NCBI GenBank assembly: GCA_964244065.1
Contig: CAXTHH010000002.1
Location: 327,199 to 391,198, forward strand
DNA: 64,000 nucleotides
DNA from: an uncultured Caulobacteraceae bacterium
GTDB taxonomy: Bacteria; Pseudomonadota; Alphaproteobacteria; Caulobacterales; Caulobacteraceae
Direction: 5' to 3'
Shown here in pieces: positions 56,444 to 64,000 of this stretch (position 1 is the stretch's first letter; each line of letters opens with the position of its first letter). The position numbers were made by a program, and so were the translations under genes. The notes under the pieces were generated by a model, which worked only from the letters and a program-made list of their open reading frames with translations, searched no databases and had not been told where the DNA came from.

Positions 56444-57585
56444 GGCCGTGGGCGCAGGTGAGGGGGCACACGCCCGAGCAGAGTGCCTGTCGCGACTGGC
56501 CGCGGCAGAGTAGCGGAGCCTGCATCCGAAAGGCCCAGAGGTGAGTGCGACGGGCCGCCCAGCGCCTCGACCACGCGCGTCCAGTCGATGCGCAGCTCGG
56601 CCAGGCGGTCGCGATTGGCCTCGCCCATGCGACGCGTGACGTCCTTGTCGCGCCACAGGCGGTCGAGGGCCGCGGCCAGGGCGCGGGGCTCGGGCTCGGT
56701 CACCAGGCCGTTGCGGCCGTCCTCCACCAGTTCGAGCACGCCGCCGCTGTCGGTGGTGGTCAGCACGCACTTGCCCGCGTGCGCCGCCTCGATGGAGGGG
56801 TAGCCGTAGCTGTCCTCGTCCTCCGGCAGGTAGGCCATGGCCAGGGCGCCCGCGATCAGGTCGGCCTTCTCCTCCTCGCTGATCCAGCGGTCCTCAAAGG
56901 CCACGCGGTCGTGCAGGTCGCGATCGCGGATCTCCTGGCGGATGCGGTTGGCGTAGGCGGGGCCGGTGGTCTTGCCGCAAAGCCGCACGCGCACGGGCGT
57001 GGTCACGTGCGCCATGGCCTCCACCAGCAGGTGCTGGCGCTTGTGCGGCTCGGCGCGGCACACCACGAGCACCTCGTCGCCGTAGCCGTCGCAGCGGAAG
57101 CGCTCGGGACGCCAGATGGGCGGGTACAGCGGCTCGGAGTCGACGCCGTTGAAGCGCTTCAGCCGGTCGCTCACCACGCGGCTGTTCGTGTAGACGCGCC
57201 GCGCCTCGGTCAACGCCGCCGTGTCCAGGGCGTGCAGGTTGTCCCGCACGGCCCGCGCGTCCGGCGTCTTGGCGGGGGCGAAGGGGCCGTCCCACAGGTC
57301 GTAGAAGGTGCGGAAGTGGTGGATGAACCACAGCACCTTGTCCGGGTGCGGGATCACGTAGGCGGGCGGGCGGAAGGCGACCAGCCGGTCCGACCACTGC
57401 GCCAGGTCCATCAGGCGGAAGGCGGCCGTCTGGTCCAGGAGGTCGTGGGGCGTGTCCACGAAGGGCAGGTAGAAGCGCTCCACCTCGTGCCCCGCTTCGC
57501 GCAGCTTGTCCTCCGCCCACTCCACGATGAAGCGCGCGCCGCCGTTGATGAACGGCACGAAGGTCGAGGCCAGGATGATGCGCAT
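56440..57585 (-). CDS. glycosyltransferase GT4 (paralog 2)
   Basis: Inner ATG of ORF 56440..58641(-), starting MRIILASTFVPFINGGARFIVEWAE. It contains KRQHLLVEAMAHV and LTTTDSGGVLELV. Its stop overlaps the next start by 4 nt. Confidence 0.82.
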   Translation of the reverse strand: MRIILASTFVPFINGGARFIVEWAEDKLREAGHEVERFYLPFVDTPHDLLDQTAAFRLMDLAQWSDRLVAFRPPAYVIPHPDKVLWFIHHFRTFYDLWDGPFAPAKTPDARAVRDNLHALDTAALTEARRVYTNSRVVSDRLKRFNGVDSEPLYPPIWRPERFRCDGYGDEVLVVCRAEPHKRQHLLVEAMAHVTTPVRVRLCGKTTGPAYANRIRQEIRDRDLHDRVAFEDRWISEEEKADLIAGALAMAYLPEDEDSYGYPSIEAAHAGKCVLTTTDSGGVLELVEDGRNGLVTEPEPRALAAALDRLWRDKDVTRRMGEANRDRLAELRIDWTRVVEALGGPSHSPLGLSDAGSATLPRPVATGTLLGRVPPHLRPRP

Positions 57586-57599
57586 GGCCCGGGCGGCGA

Positions 57600-58712
57600 C
57601 TAGCCCAGGGCGCGTTCGAGCGCGGCGGCCACCCGATCGACGTCGCCCTCGGTCAGCCGGCCGTGGGTGGGCAGGTTGATCCCCCGCGCGGCGCAGCGGA
57701 CGGCGTTCGGCGTGTCCACCGCCGCGTCGGCGTAGGGGGGCATCTGGTGCATGGGGTAGAAGACGGGGCGCGTCTCCACGCCGTCCGCGTCCATGGCCGC
57801 CATCGCCGCGTCGCGCTCGGCCGCGCCGCCCTCGGCGAGCTGGACCGTGTACATCCAGAAGCTGTGCTCGGCCCAGGTGGCCGTGACCGGGCGCACGATC
57901 CGGCCGTCGAGCGGCGCCAGCGCCGCGTCGTACCAGCGGGCGACGCGACGGCGCGCCTCCAGGTGGTGGTCGATGCGCTCCATCTGGCCGAGCCCGATGG
58001 CGGCGGCCACGTTGGTCATGCGGTAGTTGTAGCCCACCACCGGGAACCAGTAGCGGCGCTTCAGGTCCATGCCCTGGCCGCGGTAGAGGCGCAGGCGGGC
58101 GGCCAGCGCGTCGTCGTCGGTGGTGACCATCCCGCCCTCGCCGGTGGTGATGATCTTGTTGCCGAAGAAGCTGAAGGTGGCCGCCTTGCCCAGCGAGCCC
58201 GTGCGCCGCCCCTTGTAGCTGGCGCCCACCGCCTCGGCCGCGTCCTCCAGCACCCACAGGCCGTGGCGCTCGGCGACGGCCGTGATCGGGTCCATGTCGC
58301 AGGGATGGCCGTAGAGGTGGACGGGGATGATCCCCCGGGTCCGCGGCGTGATCGCCGCCTCCAGCGTCTCCGGGTCGAGGTTGAAGGTGGCCGGGTCGCA
58401 GTCCACGAACACCGGCTTGGCGCCGCAGTAGGTCACGGCGTTGGCGCTGGCGATGTAGGTCAGGTCCGGCACGATCACCTCGTCGCCGGGCCGCAGGTCC
58501 AGCGCGACCAGGGCGAGGTGCAGGGCGGTGGTGCCGTTGTTGGCGGCGATCGCGTGCCTCACCCCGCAGAAGGCGGCGAAGCTGGCCTCGAACTCGGTGA
58601 TGAAACGGCCGATGGAGCTGATCCAGCTCGTGGCCATGCACTCGGCCACGTACTCGGCCTCGCGCCCGTCCAGCACGGGCACGGCGACGGGGATGCGGGG
58701 AGCTAAGCTCAT
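57600..58712 (-). CDS. DegT/DnrJ/EryC1/StrS-family PLP-dependent sugar aminotransferase (perosamine-synthase-like)
   Basis: Inner ATG of ORF 57600..59018(-). It contains GREAEYVAECM, AIAANNGTTALHLAL and the PLP-Lys context SFFGNKIITTGEGGMV. Confidence 0.88.
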   Translation of the reverse strand: MSLAPRIPVAVPVLDGREAEYVAECMATSWISSIGRFITEFEASFAAFCGVRHAIAANNGTTALHLALVALDLRPGDEVIVPDLTYIASANAVTYCGAKPVFVDCDPATFNLDPETLEAAITPRTRGIIPVHLYGHPCDMDPITAVAERHGLWVLEDAAEAVGASYKGRRTGSLGKAATFSFFGNKIITTGEGGMVTTDDDALAARLRLYRGQGMDLKRRYWFPVVGYNYRMTNVAAAIGLGQMERIDHHLEARRRVARWYDAALAPLDGRIVRPVTATWAEHSFWMYTVQLAEGGAAERDAAMAAMDADGVETRPVFYPMHQMPPYADAAVDTPNAVRCAARGINLPTHGRLTEGDVDRVAAALERALG

Positions 58713-59371
58713 GCGTGGACGGCCCGGGGCTGCGGGATGCGGACCACGCGCGCGGGCACGCCCATGGCGATGACGCCGGCCGGCAGGTCGCGCACGATCA
58801 CCGCGCCCGCACCGACGGTGGCGTCCTCGCCGATGCGCACGCCCGGGATGGCGCGGCAGCCGACGCCCAGGAACGCGCGAGCCCCGACCGTCACGGCGCC
58901 CGCCAGGGCGCAGCCGGGGGCCACGTGGCAGGCCTCGCCCAGGTCGCCGTCGTGGTCGACCGAGGCGTTGGTGTTGACGATGGCCAGGTCGCGGACCCGG
59001 GTCTCCGCGTTCAGGCACACGCCGGCCATGATCGCCACGCCCTGGCCCAGCCGGGCGCTGGGCGAGACCACGGCGCCCGGATGCACCGCGTTGGCCAAGC
59101 GGAAGCCGGCGGCGCGAGCCGCGGCGCCGACGCGGGCGCGCAGGGCGTTGCCGCCCAGCGCCACGAAGGCCTCCTCGATCCCCTCGGTGCGCAGGCGGGC
59201 CAGGGCCGAGTCGTCCCCGATCACCGGCGCGCCGACGACGGTGCGCGGCGAGGGGTCGGCGTCGAGCACGCCGGCCACCTCGCGCCCGCCGGCGCGCAGG
59301 AGCTCGATCACCACCTTGGCGTGGCCGCCCGCGCCGATCACCACCACCGGTCCCCCCGAGACGCCGGCCAT
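58709..59371 (-). CDS. NeuD/PglD/PerB-type sugar N-acetyltransferase (left-handed beta-helix)
   Basis: ORF 58709..59371(-). It has the N-terminal Rossmann-like VVVIGAGGHAKVVIELL followed by hexapeptide repeats. It overlaps both neighbours (4 nt and 1 nt). Confidence 0.85.
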   Translation of the reverse strand: MAGVSGGPVVVIGAGGHAKVVIELLRAGGREVAGVLDADPSPRTVVGAPVIGDDSALARLRTEGIEEAFVALGGNALRARVGAAARAAGFRLANAVHPGAVVSPSARLGQGVAIMAGVCLNAETRVRDLAIVNTNASVDHDGDLGEACHVAPGCALAGAVTVGARAFLGVGCRAIPGVRIGEDATVGAGAVIVRDLPAGVIAMGVPARVVRIPQPRAVHA

Positions 59372-60675
59372 CAGCGCTCGCGGAACGACTTCTGGAAGGC
59401 GTTGGTCAGCGGCTGGTAGATGTACTCCAGCGCCGTCCGCGCCCCGATCGGCACCGTCACGTCCACGGGCATGCCCGCCTTGAGCCGGCCCTTGAGACGC
59501 CCGGGCAGCGAGTCCTGGTTCACCTTCACCACCGCCAGGTAGTAGGCGATGTGCTGCTGCTCGTCGACGACGCGGTCCTGGCTGATCGACTGGATCTGGC
59601 CGAAGATCACCGGGATCGTGCGGTCGTGGAAGGACGAGAAGCGCAGCTCCGTCCGCATCCCCTGGCGCAGGCTGTCGATGTCGCTCGGCGAGAAGCGCGC
59701 CTGGATCACCATGTCGCCCGTGTCGGGCGCGATCTCCACAAGCGGCTCCGCCTGCCGCACGACGGCGCCGGCGGTGAAGACGCGTAGCCCCTGCACCGTG
59801 CCGGACTGGGGCGCCACGATGTTCACGCGCTTGGCCTGGTCGGTGGCCACGGTGAAGCGCTGGCGGATGTCCGTCGACTGGGTCTGCACGTCGGCCGACT
59901 CCTTGGACACCTCCTGCTGGAATTGCTGCTGGATCTGGCGCATCTGCAGCGTGGTCTCGCCGATGGCCTTCTGGGCGCGGGCCTTGTCGGCGAGGAGGCG
60001 CCCGATCTGGCCGCCCACGTTGGCCCGGTCGCGCTGCAGCGCCAGCAGGCGCGGCTTGGGCACGAGGTCCTGCTTGTAGAGCTCGTTCAGCCCGCCGATC
60101 TCGTCGTCGAGGTAGGCGGCCTGCTGCTTGGCGCTGACGCGCTGCTCCTCGATGCCCTGAATCTCGGTCTGGTACTGGCCGATGCGGCTCTTGAGGACCT
60201 CGATCTGGCTCTGGATCGTGCCGCGGCGCTCGACGAACTGGCGCTGCTCGTCCTGCATGGCGTTGCGCGCGATCGGATCGCTCCCCGCGCCGGTCAGCTC
60301 GGGGGACCAGCGTATCGCGCCGGAGCCCTCGCGCTCGGCGGCCAGGCGGTCGCCCTTGGCCACCAGGCTGAACAGCTGGTTCTTGGAGATGTCCAGCGCG
60401 GCGTTGGCCTGCACGGCCTCCAGCTCGAACAGGGTCTGGCCCTTGTTCACGTGCTGGCCCTCGCGGATCAGGATGGAGCGGACGATGCCGCCCTCGTAGT
60501 GCTGGATGGTCTGGCGGTTGGTGTCGTTGGTCACCGTACCCGCCCCGACCACGGCGGCCGAGAGCGGGGTGACGGCGGCCCAGACGCCCATGACGCCGAA
60601 GGTGGCCACGATCACCGCCATGCCGGTGATGGCGACCTTGCGGTAGTCGTCGGAGGGGCGGGCGAGGTCCGTCAT
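59371..60675 (-). CDS. HlyD-family type I secretion membrane-fusion protein
   Basis: Inner ATG of ORF 59371..61824(-). It has an N-terminal membrane-spanning helix, VQHYEGGIV-type barrel-sandwich motifs, a long coiled coil, and the C-terminal GMPVDVTVPIGARTALEYIYQPL. Confidence 0.9.
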   Translation of the reverse strand: MTDLARPSDDYRKVAITGMAVIVATFGVMGVWAAVTPLSAAVVGAGTVTNDTNRQTIQHYEGGIVRSILIREGQHVNKGQTLFELEAVQANAALDISKNQLFSLVAKGDRLAAEREGSGAIRWSPELTGAGSDPIARNAMQDEQRQFVERRGTIQSQIEVLKSRIGQYQTEIQGIEEQRVSAKQQAAYLDDEIGGLNELYKQDLVPKPRLLALQRDRANVGGQIGRLLADKARAQKAIGETTLQMRQIQQQFQQEVSKESADVQTQSTDIRQRFTVATDQAKRVNIVAPQSGTVQGLRVFTAGAVVRQAEPLVEIAPDTGDMVIQARFSPSDIDSLRQGMRTELRFSSFHDRTIPVIFGQIQSISQDRVVDEQQHIAYYLAVVKVNQDSLPGRLKGRLKAGMPVDVTVPIGARTALEYIYQPLTNAFQKSFRER

Positions 60676-60701
60676 GGAGGTCGGCTCCGGAAGGCGGCGG
60701 G

Positions 60702-62465
60702 TCAGGCCGCCGGAACGGGGGTGGTCCCGCCCTGGTTGGCGGCCGCCGGCGGCTGCGCGGCGGGCGGCTGGGCGGCCTGCTGCTGCTGCATGATGTGGTT
60801 GAGCACCGCGTCGCGCTCGCCGAAGGCGACGCACTGGCCGTTCTGCATGAGCAGCAGCTTGTCGCAGAGCCCGAGGATGTTGGTCTTGTGGGTGACCAGC
60901 AGGATGGTGCAATGCGGCTTCAGCGTCATCACGGCCTGGGCGAGCGCCACCTCGCCGCCGCTGTCCAGGTTGGCGTTGGGCTCGTCCAGCACCAGCAGCG
61001 GCGGCTTGCGGAAGATGGTCCGCGCCAGGGCCAGGCGCTGGCGCTGGCCGCCGGAAAGCGCCGCGCCGCCTTCGCCGATCTGCGTGTCGTAGCCCTGGGG
61101 CATGGCCTGCACCATCTCGTGCACGCCCGCGATGGTGGCCGCCTCGATGACCTCCTCGGTCTCGTAGGCGCCGAAGCGGGCGATGTTCTCGGCCACCGTG
61201 CCGCTGAACAGCTCCACGTCCTGCGGCAGGTAGCCCACGTATCGGCCCAGCTGCTCGGGGTCCCAGTGCTTCAGGTCGAAGCCGTCCATGCGGATGGAGC
61301 CCTGGATCGCGGGCCACACGCCCACCAGGCCGCGCACCAGCGAGGACTTGCCGGCGGCGGACGGGCCGATCACGCCCAGGGTCGTGCCGGGATCCACCGC
61401 GAAGGTCGCGCCGACCACGGTGGGTGTGCGCCCGCCGGGCGGCACGATGGTCGCGCCCTCCACGGAGAGGCGGCCCTTGGGCGCGGGCAGGGGCATCTTC
61501 TCGCCCTCGGCCTGCTCGCCGCGGAACATCTCCTGCAGCCGGTCCCACGAGCCGCGGGCGGCCAGGAAGCCCTTCCACTGGCCGACGGCGCCCTCGATGG
61601 GGGCGAGCGCGCGGCCCACCACGATGGAGGCGGCGATCATGGAGCCCGGCGAGAGCTTGCCCTGGATCACGTAGAAGGCGCCGCCGCCCAGGATAAGCGT
61701 CTGCACCACCTGGCGGAAGAACTTGATGGCGCTCATGATGCCGCCGCCGCGGTCGCTGGCGGAGGCCTGCCAGGCGATCAGGTCGTCGCGGCGCAGCTGC
61801 CAGCGGTTCTGCAGCCCGCCCCACATGCCCATGGCGCGCATCACCTCGGAGTTGCGCAGCGTGGCGCCCGCGTCGTTCTGGGCGGCGATGGAGGCCATGG
61901 TGGCGCGCTGCAGCGGCACGCGCGTGGCCATGTCGTTGGCGACGGCCAGTCCCATGATGATCACGCCCGAGATGATCGCCAGGATGCCGAAGAAGGGGTG
62001 CAGCAGGAAGCTGACCACCACGAACACGGGGATCCAGGGCGCGTCGCAGAAGGCCAGCAGGCCCGCGCCGGTCATGAAGCCGCGCACCTCGTCCACGTCG
62101 CGGAAGGCCTGGCCGCCGCCGGGGCGCTTGGTCAGGGTCGCCTCCAGCACCGAGCGGAAGATGGAGCCGCGCACCTCGCCGTCGAACTTGATGCCGGCGC
62201 GCACCAGCACCTGCGTGCGCAGGGCCTCCAGCACGGCGTAGATCACGAACAGGAACACGGCCAACAGCGTGATGAAGGTCAGCGTCAGCACCGAGCGGCT
62301 GGCCAGCACCCGGTCGTAGACCTGCAGCATGTACAGCGGGCTCACCAGGGCGAGCACGTTGATGAAGAAGGAGAAGATCACCGCCACGACCACCGCGGGC
62401 TGCGTCAGGCGGATGGCGCGGTTCAGCGGCGTGGGCCGGTCGCCGGGCTTGGACAAGCTGATCAT
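60702..62465 (-). CDS. type I secretion ABC transporter permease/ATPase (PrtD/RsaD type, no C39 peptidase domain)
   Basis: ORF 60702..62465(-). It contains FSFFINVLALVSPLYMLQVYDRVLASRS, Walker A GPSAAGKSS, the signature LSGGQRQRLALAR and Walker B LLVLDEP. Confidence 0.92.
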   Translation of the reverse strand: MISLSKPGDRPTPLNRAIRLTQPAVVVAVIFSFFINVLALVSPLYMLQVYDRVLASRSVLTLTFITLLAVFLFVIYAVLEALRTQVLVRAGIKFDGEVRGSIFRSVLEATLTKRPGGGQAFRDVDEVRGFMTGAGLLAFCDAPWIPVFVVVSFLLHPFFGILAIISGVIIMGLAVANDMATRVPLQRATMASIAAQNDAGATLRNSEVMRAMGMWGGLQNRWQLRRDDLIAWQASASDRGGGIMSAIKFFRQVVQTLILGGGAFYVIQGKLSPGSMIAASIVVGRALAPIEGAVGQWKGFLAARGSWDRLQEMFRGEQAEGEKMPLPAPKGRLSVEGATIVPPGGRTPTVVGATFAVDPGTTLGVIGPSAAGKSSLVRGLVGVWPAIQGSIRMDGFDLKHWDPEQLGRYVGYLPQDVELFSGTVAENIARFGAYETEEVIEAATIAGVHEMVQAMPQGYDTQIGEGGAALSGGQRQRLALARTIFRKPPLLVLDEPNANLDSGGEVALAQAVMTLKPHCTILLVTHKTNILGLCDKLLLMQNGQCVAFGERDAVLNHIMQQQQAAQPPAAQPPAAANQGGTTPVPAA

Positions 62466-62657
62466 CGGTGCGTGGGCGCCGGGCAGGCGCGGACCTTCTC
62501 TTGGGCGAGGCGAGGGAGGCGCGGTCCGGACGCCGTGGCCGTCCTCAGCGCAGGTGGGCGTCGTCTAGCCGAGGAGGCGTGGCGAATCAAAGGCGCGGCG
62601 TCCGGAAGGCGTCGGGGAGGCCGGCATATGGGGCGGCCGGGGCCGCTCCGCATGCGG

Positions 62658-63491
62658 CTAACTGACATCCGGCTCCGGCGCGCGCCACACGCGCACCTGG
62701 AAGCCGCCGTCGTCCTCCGCGTCCACCAGCGCGAAGCCCGCCCGCTCGCCCAGGCGCGCCGGCGCCTCGCCCAGCGGGAAGAAGACGTGGAAGCGGGTGA
62801 AGGCGAAGCGGTGGCTGTAGCAGGGGCTGGCGTGGGCCATCCGCGCGCCCGGCTTCAGGTTCGTCCCGAAGTCGCGGAAGGCGGCCACGGGGTCGAACAG
62901 GTGCTCGATCACGTTGTTGGAGAACAGGCCGTCGAAGCGGGCGGAGACCTCCGCGCGCGTGCGCACGACGAACGGGTGCTCGCCGGGGGCGTGGGGCTCG
63001 TAGCCCCACACGTCCCAGCCCTCCGCGCGCAGGCGGTCCACCGTGCCCGACCAGGCGCCCGAGCCCCAGTTCAGGTACACGCCGCCCCGCTCGGGCCTCA
63101 GCGCGTGGAACGCGCGGACCTCCTCCTCGGTGGAGTCGCCCTCGCTGTAGTGGGCGTAGAGCAGCCGGTAGTCGGCGGCCACCAGGGCGTCCGGCGTGTC
63201 CAGGTACTTGGCGGGGCCGAAGATGCAGCCGCAGCGGGGGCACTCCCGCCGTTCCAGCCGGCCGCCGCCGAAGGTGCAGCGGTCCACGTGCAGGGCGAAG
63301 CCGTCGGCCGGCCCCTCGTGCCCGCAGGCCAGGCAGCGCGGGCGGCCCGGGGCCGCGTGCGCATAGACGCGGTCCAGCGCGTCCCACACCGCCGGCACGG
63401 CCCATGCGCGCAGCGCCTGCTCGCGCGCCTCCAGCCGGGCGACCCGCGCCTCCAGCGCCGCCAGGCCGTCGCCCCCGGGCGCCTCGTCCAT
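62658..63491 (-). CDS. class I SAM-dependent methyltransferase with N-terminal helical segment and CxxC...CxxC zinc-ribbon-like motif
   Basis: ORF 62658..63491(-). It contains LAALEARVARLEAREQAL, then RCLACGHEG...RECPRCGCIFG, then a methyltransferase core (VYLNWGSGAW...FDGLFSNNVIEHL). Confidence 0.7.
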   Translation of the reverse strand: MDEAPGGDGLAALEARVARLEAREQALRAWAVPAVWDALDRVYAHAAPGRPRCLACGHEGPADGFALHVDRCTFGGGRLERRECPRCGCIFGPAKYLDTPDALVAADYRLLYAHYSEGDSTEEEVRAFHALRPERGGVYLNWGSGAWSGTVDRLRAEGWDVWGYEPHAPGEHPFVVRTRAEVSARFDGLFSNNVIEHLFDPVAAFRDFGTNLKPGARMAHASPCYSHRFAFTRFHVFFPLGEAPARLGERAGFALVDAEDDGGFQVRVWRAPEPDVS

Positions 63492-63492
63492 C

Positions 63493-64000
63493 TCAGGCCT
63501 TGAGGTCGGTGCAGCCGTAGGTGCGGGCCTGCTCCACCGCCACGCGCAGCTCGACCAGGCCGAAGCCGCGAGGGGCCGCGCGGCTGTTCGGGCGCACGTC
63601 CACCCGCTCGGCGGCCTTGAGCTGCGACCACGGGATGATCACCCGCCCATTGCTGGGATTGCGGGTGTTGCTCGACAGGAGCGCCGCGCCGAGGCCCGCG
63701 GCCTCCGGCCCGACCTCGCCCGCGGAGCGGACGGCGCCGCCGTCCACGCGGAACAGGGCGTTGGCCGTGTCCACGCTCGGGCCAAACGAGAAGGTCACCA
63801 CCCCGCCGGCGAACCGCGCGCCCCCGGCGTTCAGCTCGCAGCGGGTCGCGCCGGTGAAGGCGTCCCGGCGCAGCCGCAGTCTCCAGCCGCCCTCCAGGAT
63901 GGTCTGCTCGTAGTCCCTCTTCGGCGGCCCGGGCTGGAAGGGGTTCAGCGCGTAGGGCGGCCGGGGAAGGTGCGGCAGGCCGAGCGCGAGCGCGAGGACG
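63493..64000 (-). CDS. hypothetical exported protein, C-terminal ~169 codons (5' end runs off the window end)
   Basis: My own translation extends ORF 63493..63801(-) to the window edge without a stop. It reads ...VLALALGLPHLPRPPYALNPFQPG...CELNAGGARFAGGVVTFSFGPSVD..., with the start of the visible part resembling a signal-peptide end. Its stop lies 1 nt before the next start. I recognise no family. Confidence 0.5.
   Translation of the reverse strand, partial: VLALALGLPHLPRPPYALNPFQPGPPKRDYEQTILEGGWRLRLRRDAFTGATRCELNAGGARFAGGVVTFSFGPSVDTANALFRVDGGAVRSAGEVGPEAAGLGAALLSSNTRNPSNGRVIIPWSQLKAAERVDVRPNSRAAPRGFGLVELRVAVEQARTYGCTDLKA

Overview
A 64-kb, very GC-rich (about 70%) chromosomal segment that looks alphaproteobacterial, judged from gene content, synteny (rnd-lptCAB-rpoN, rimP-nusA-ylxR-infB) and repeat families. 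About 63 protein genes and 3 tRNAs are supportable.

Gene content by region:
- 0-26 kb, mostly housekeeping: comM (partial), hslO, putA fused by 4-nt overlaps to a crtY-crtI-crtB carotenoid block, tRNA-Ala, aroA, a FadL-type porin, rimO, murI, pyrF, tRNA-Leu and rnd-lptC-lptA-lptB.
- 26.7-27.8 kb: a small islet, partly of lower GC, with a CheY-like receiver and a BLUF blue-light sensor. It sits between lptB and rpoN.
- 28-36 kb: rpoN, then rimP-nusA-ylxR-infB. infB carries an apparent 1-nt frameshift.
- 36-47.6 kb, a mixed stretch: amn, a lone nrdB, an M15 peptidase, hemW, rdgB, a DUF2975/HTH pair, a lone damage-response ATP-dependent DNA ligase, a peptidoglycan-binding repeat protein and tRNA-Gly.
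- 47.7-64 kb: a surface-glycan and type I secretion region.

The secretion region contains a tightly packed operon: ABC exporter, HlyD adaptor, NeuD/PglD-like acetyltransferase, DegT aminotransferase, two GT4 genes and TolC. This is an S-layer/RsaDEF-like layout, and no cargo gene is visible in the window. A second module follows: XRE regulator, an unassigned 543-aa Ala/Pro-rich membrane protein, a coiled-coil FkbM methyltransferase and a GT4.

Several palindromic repeat families fill the intergenic gaps. One element of about 300 bp has terminal inverted repeats (MITE-like).

I found no CRISPR array, rRNA, transposase, integrase or recognisable phage-defence system. The best candidates for novelty are the BLUF/receiver islet, the secretion/glycan operon with its neighbouring unassigned genes, and the repeat elements. 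Long ORFs antisense to real genes are GC-bias artefacts and were not called.
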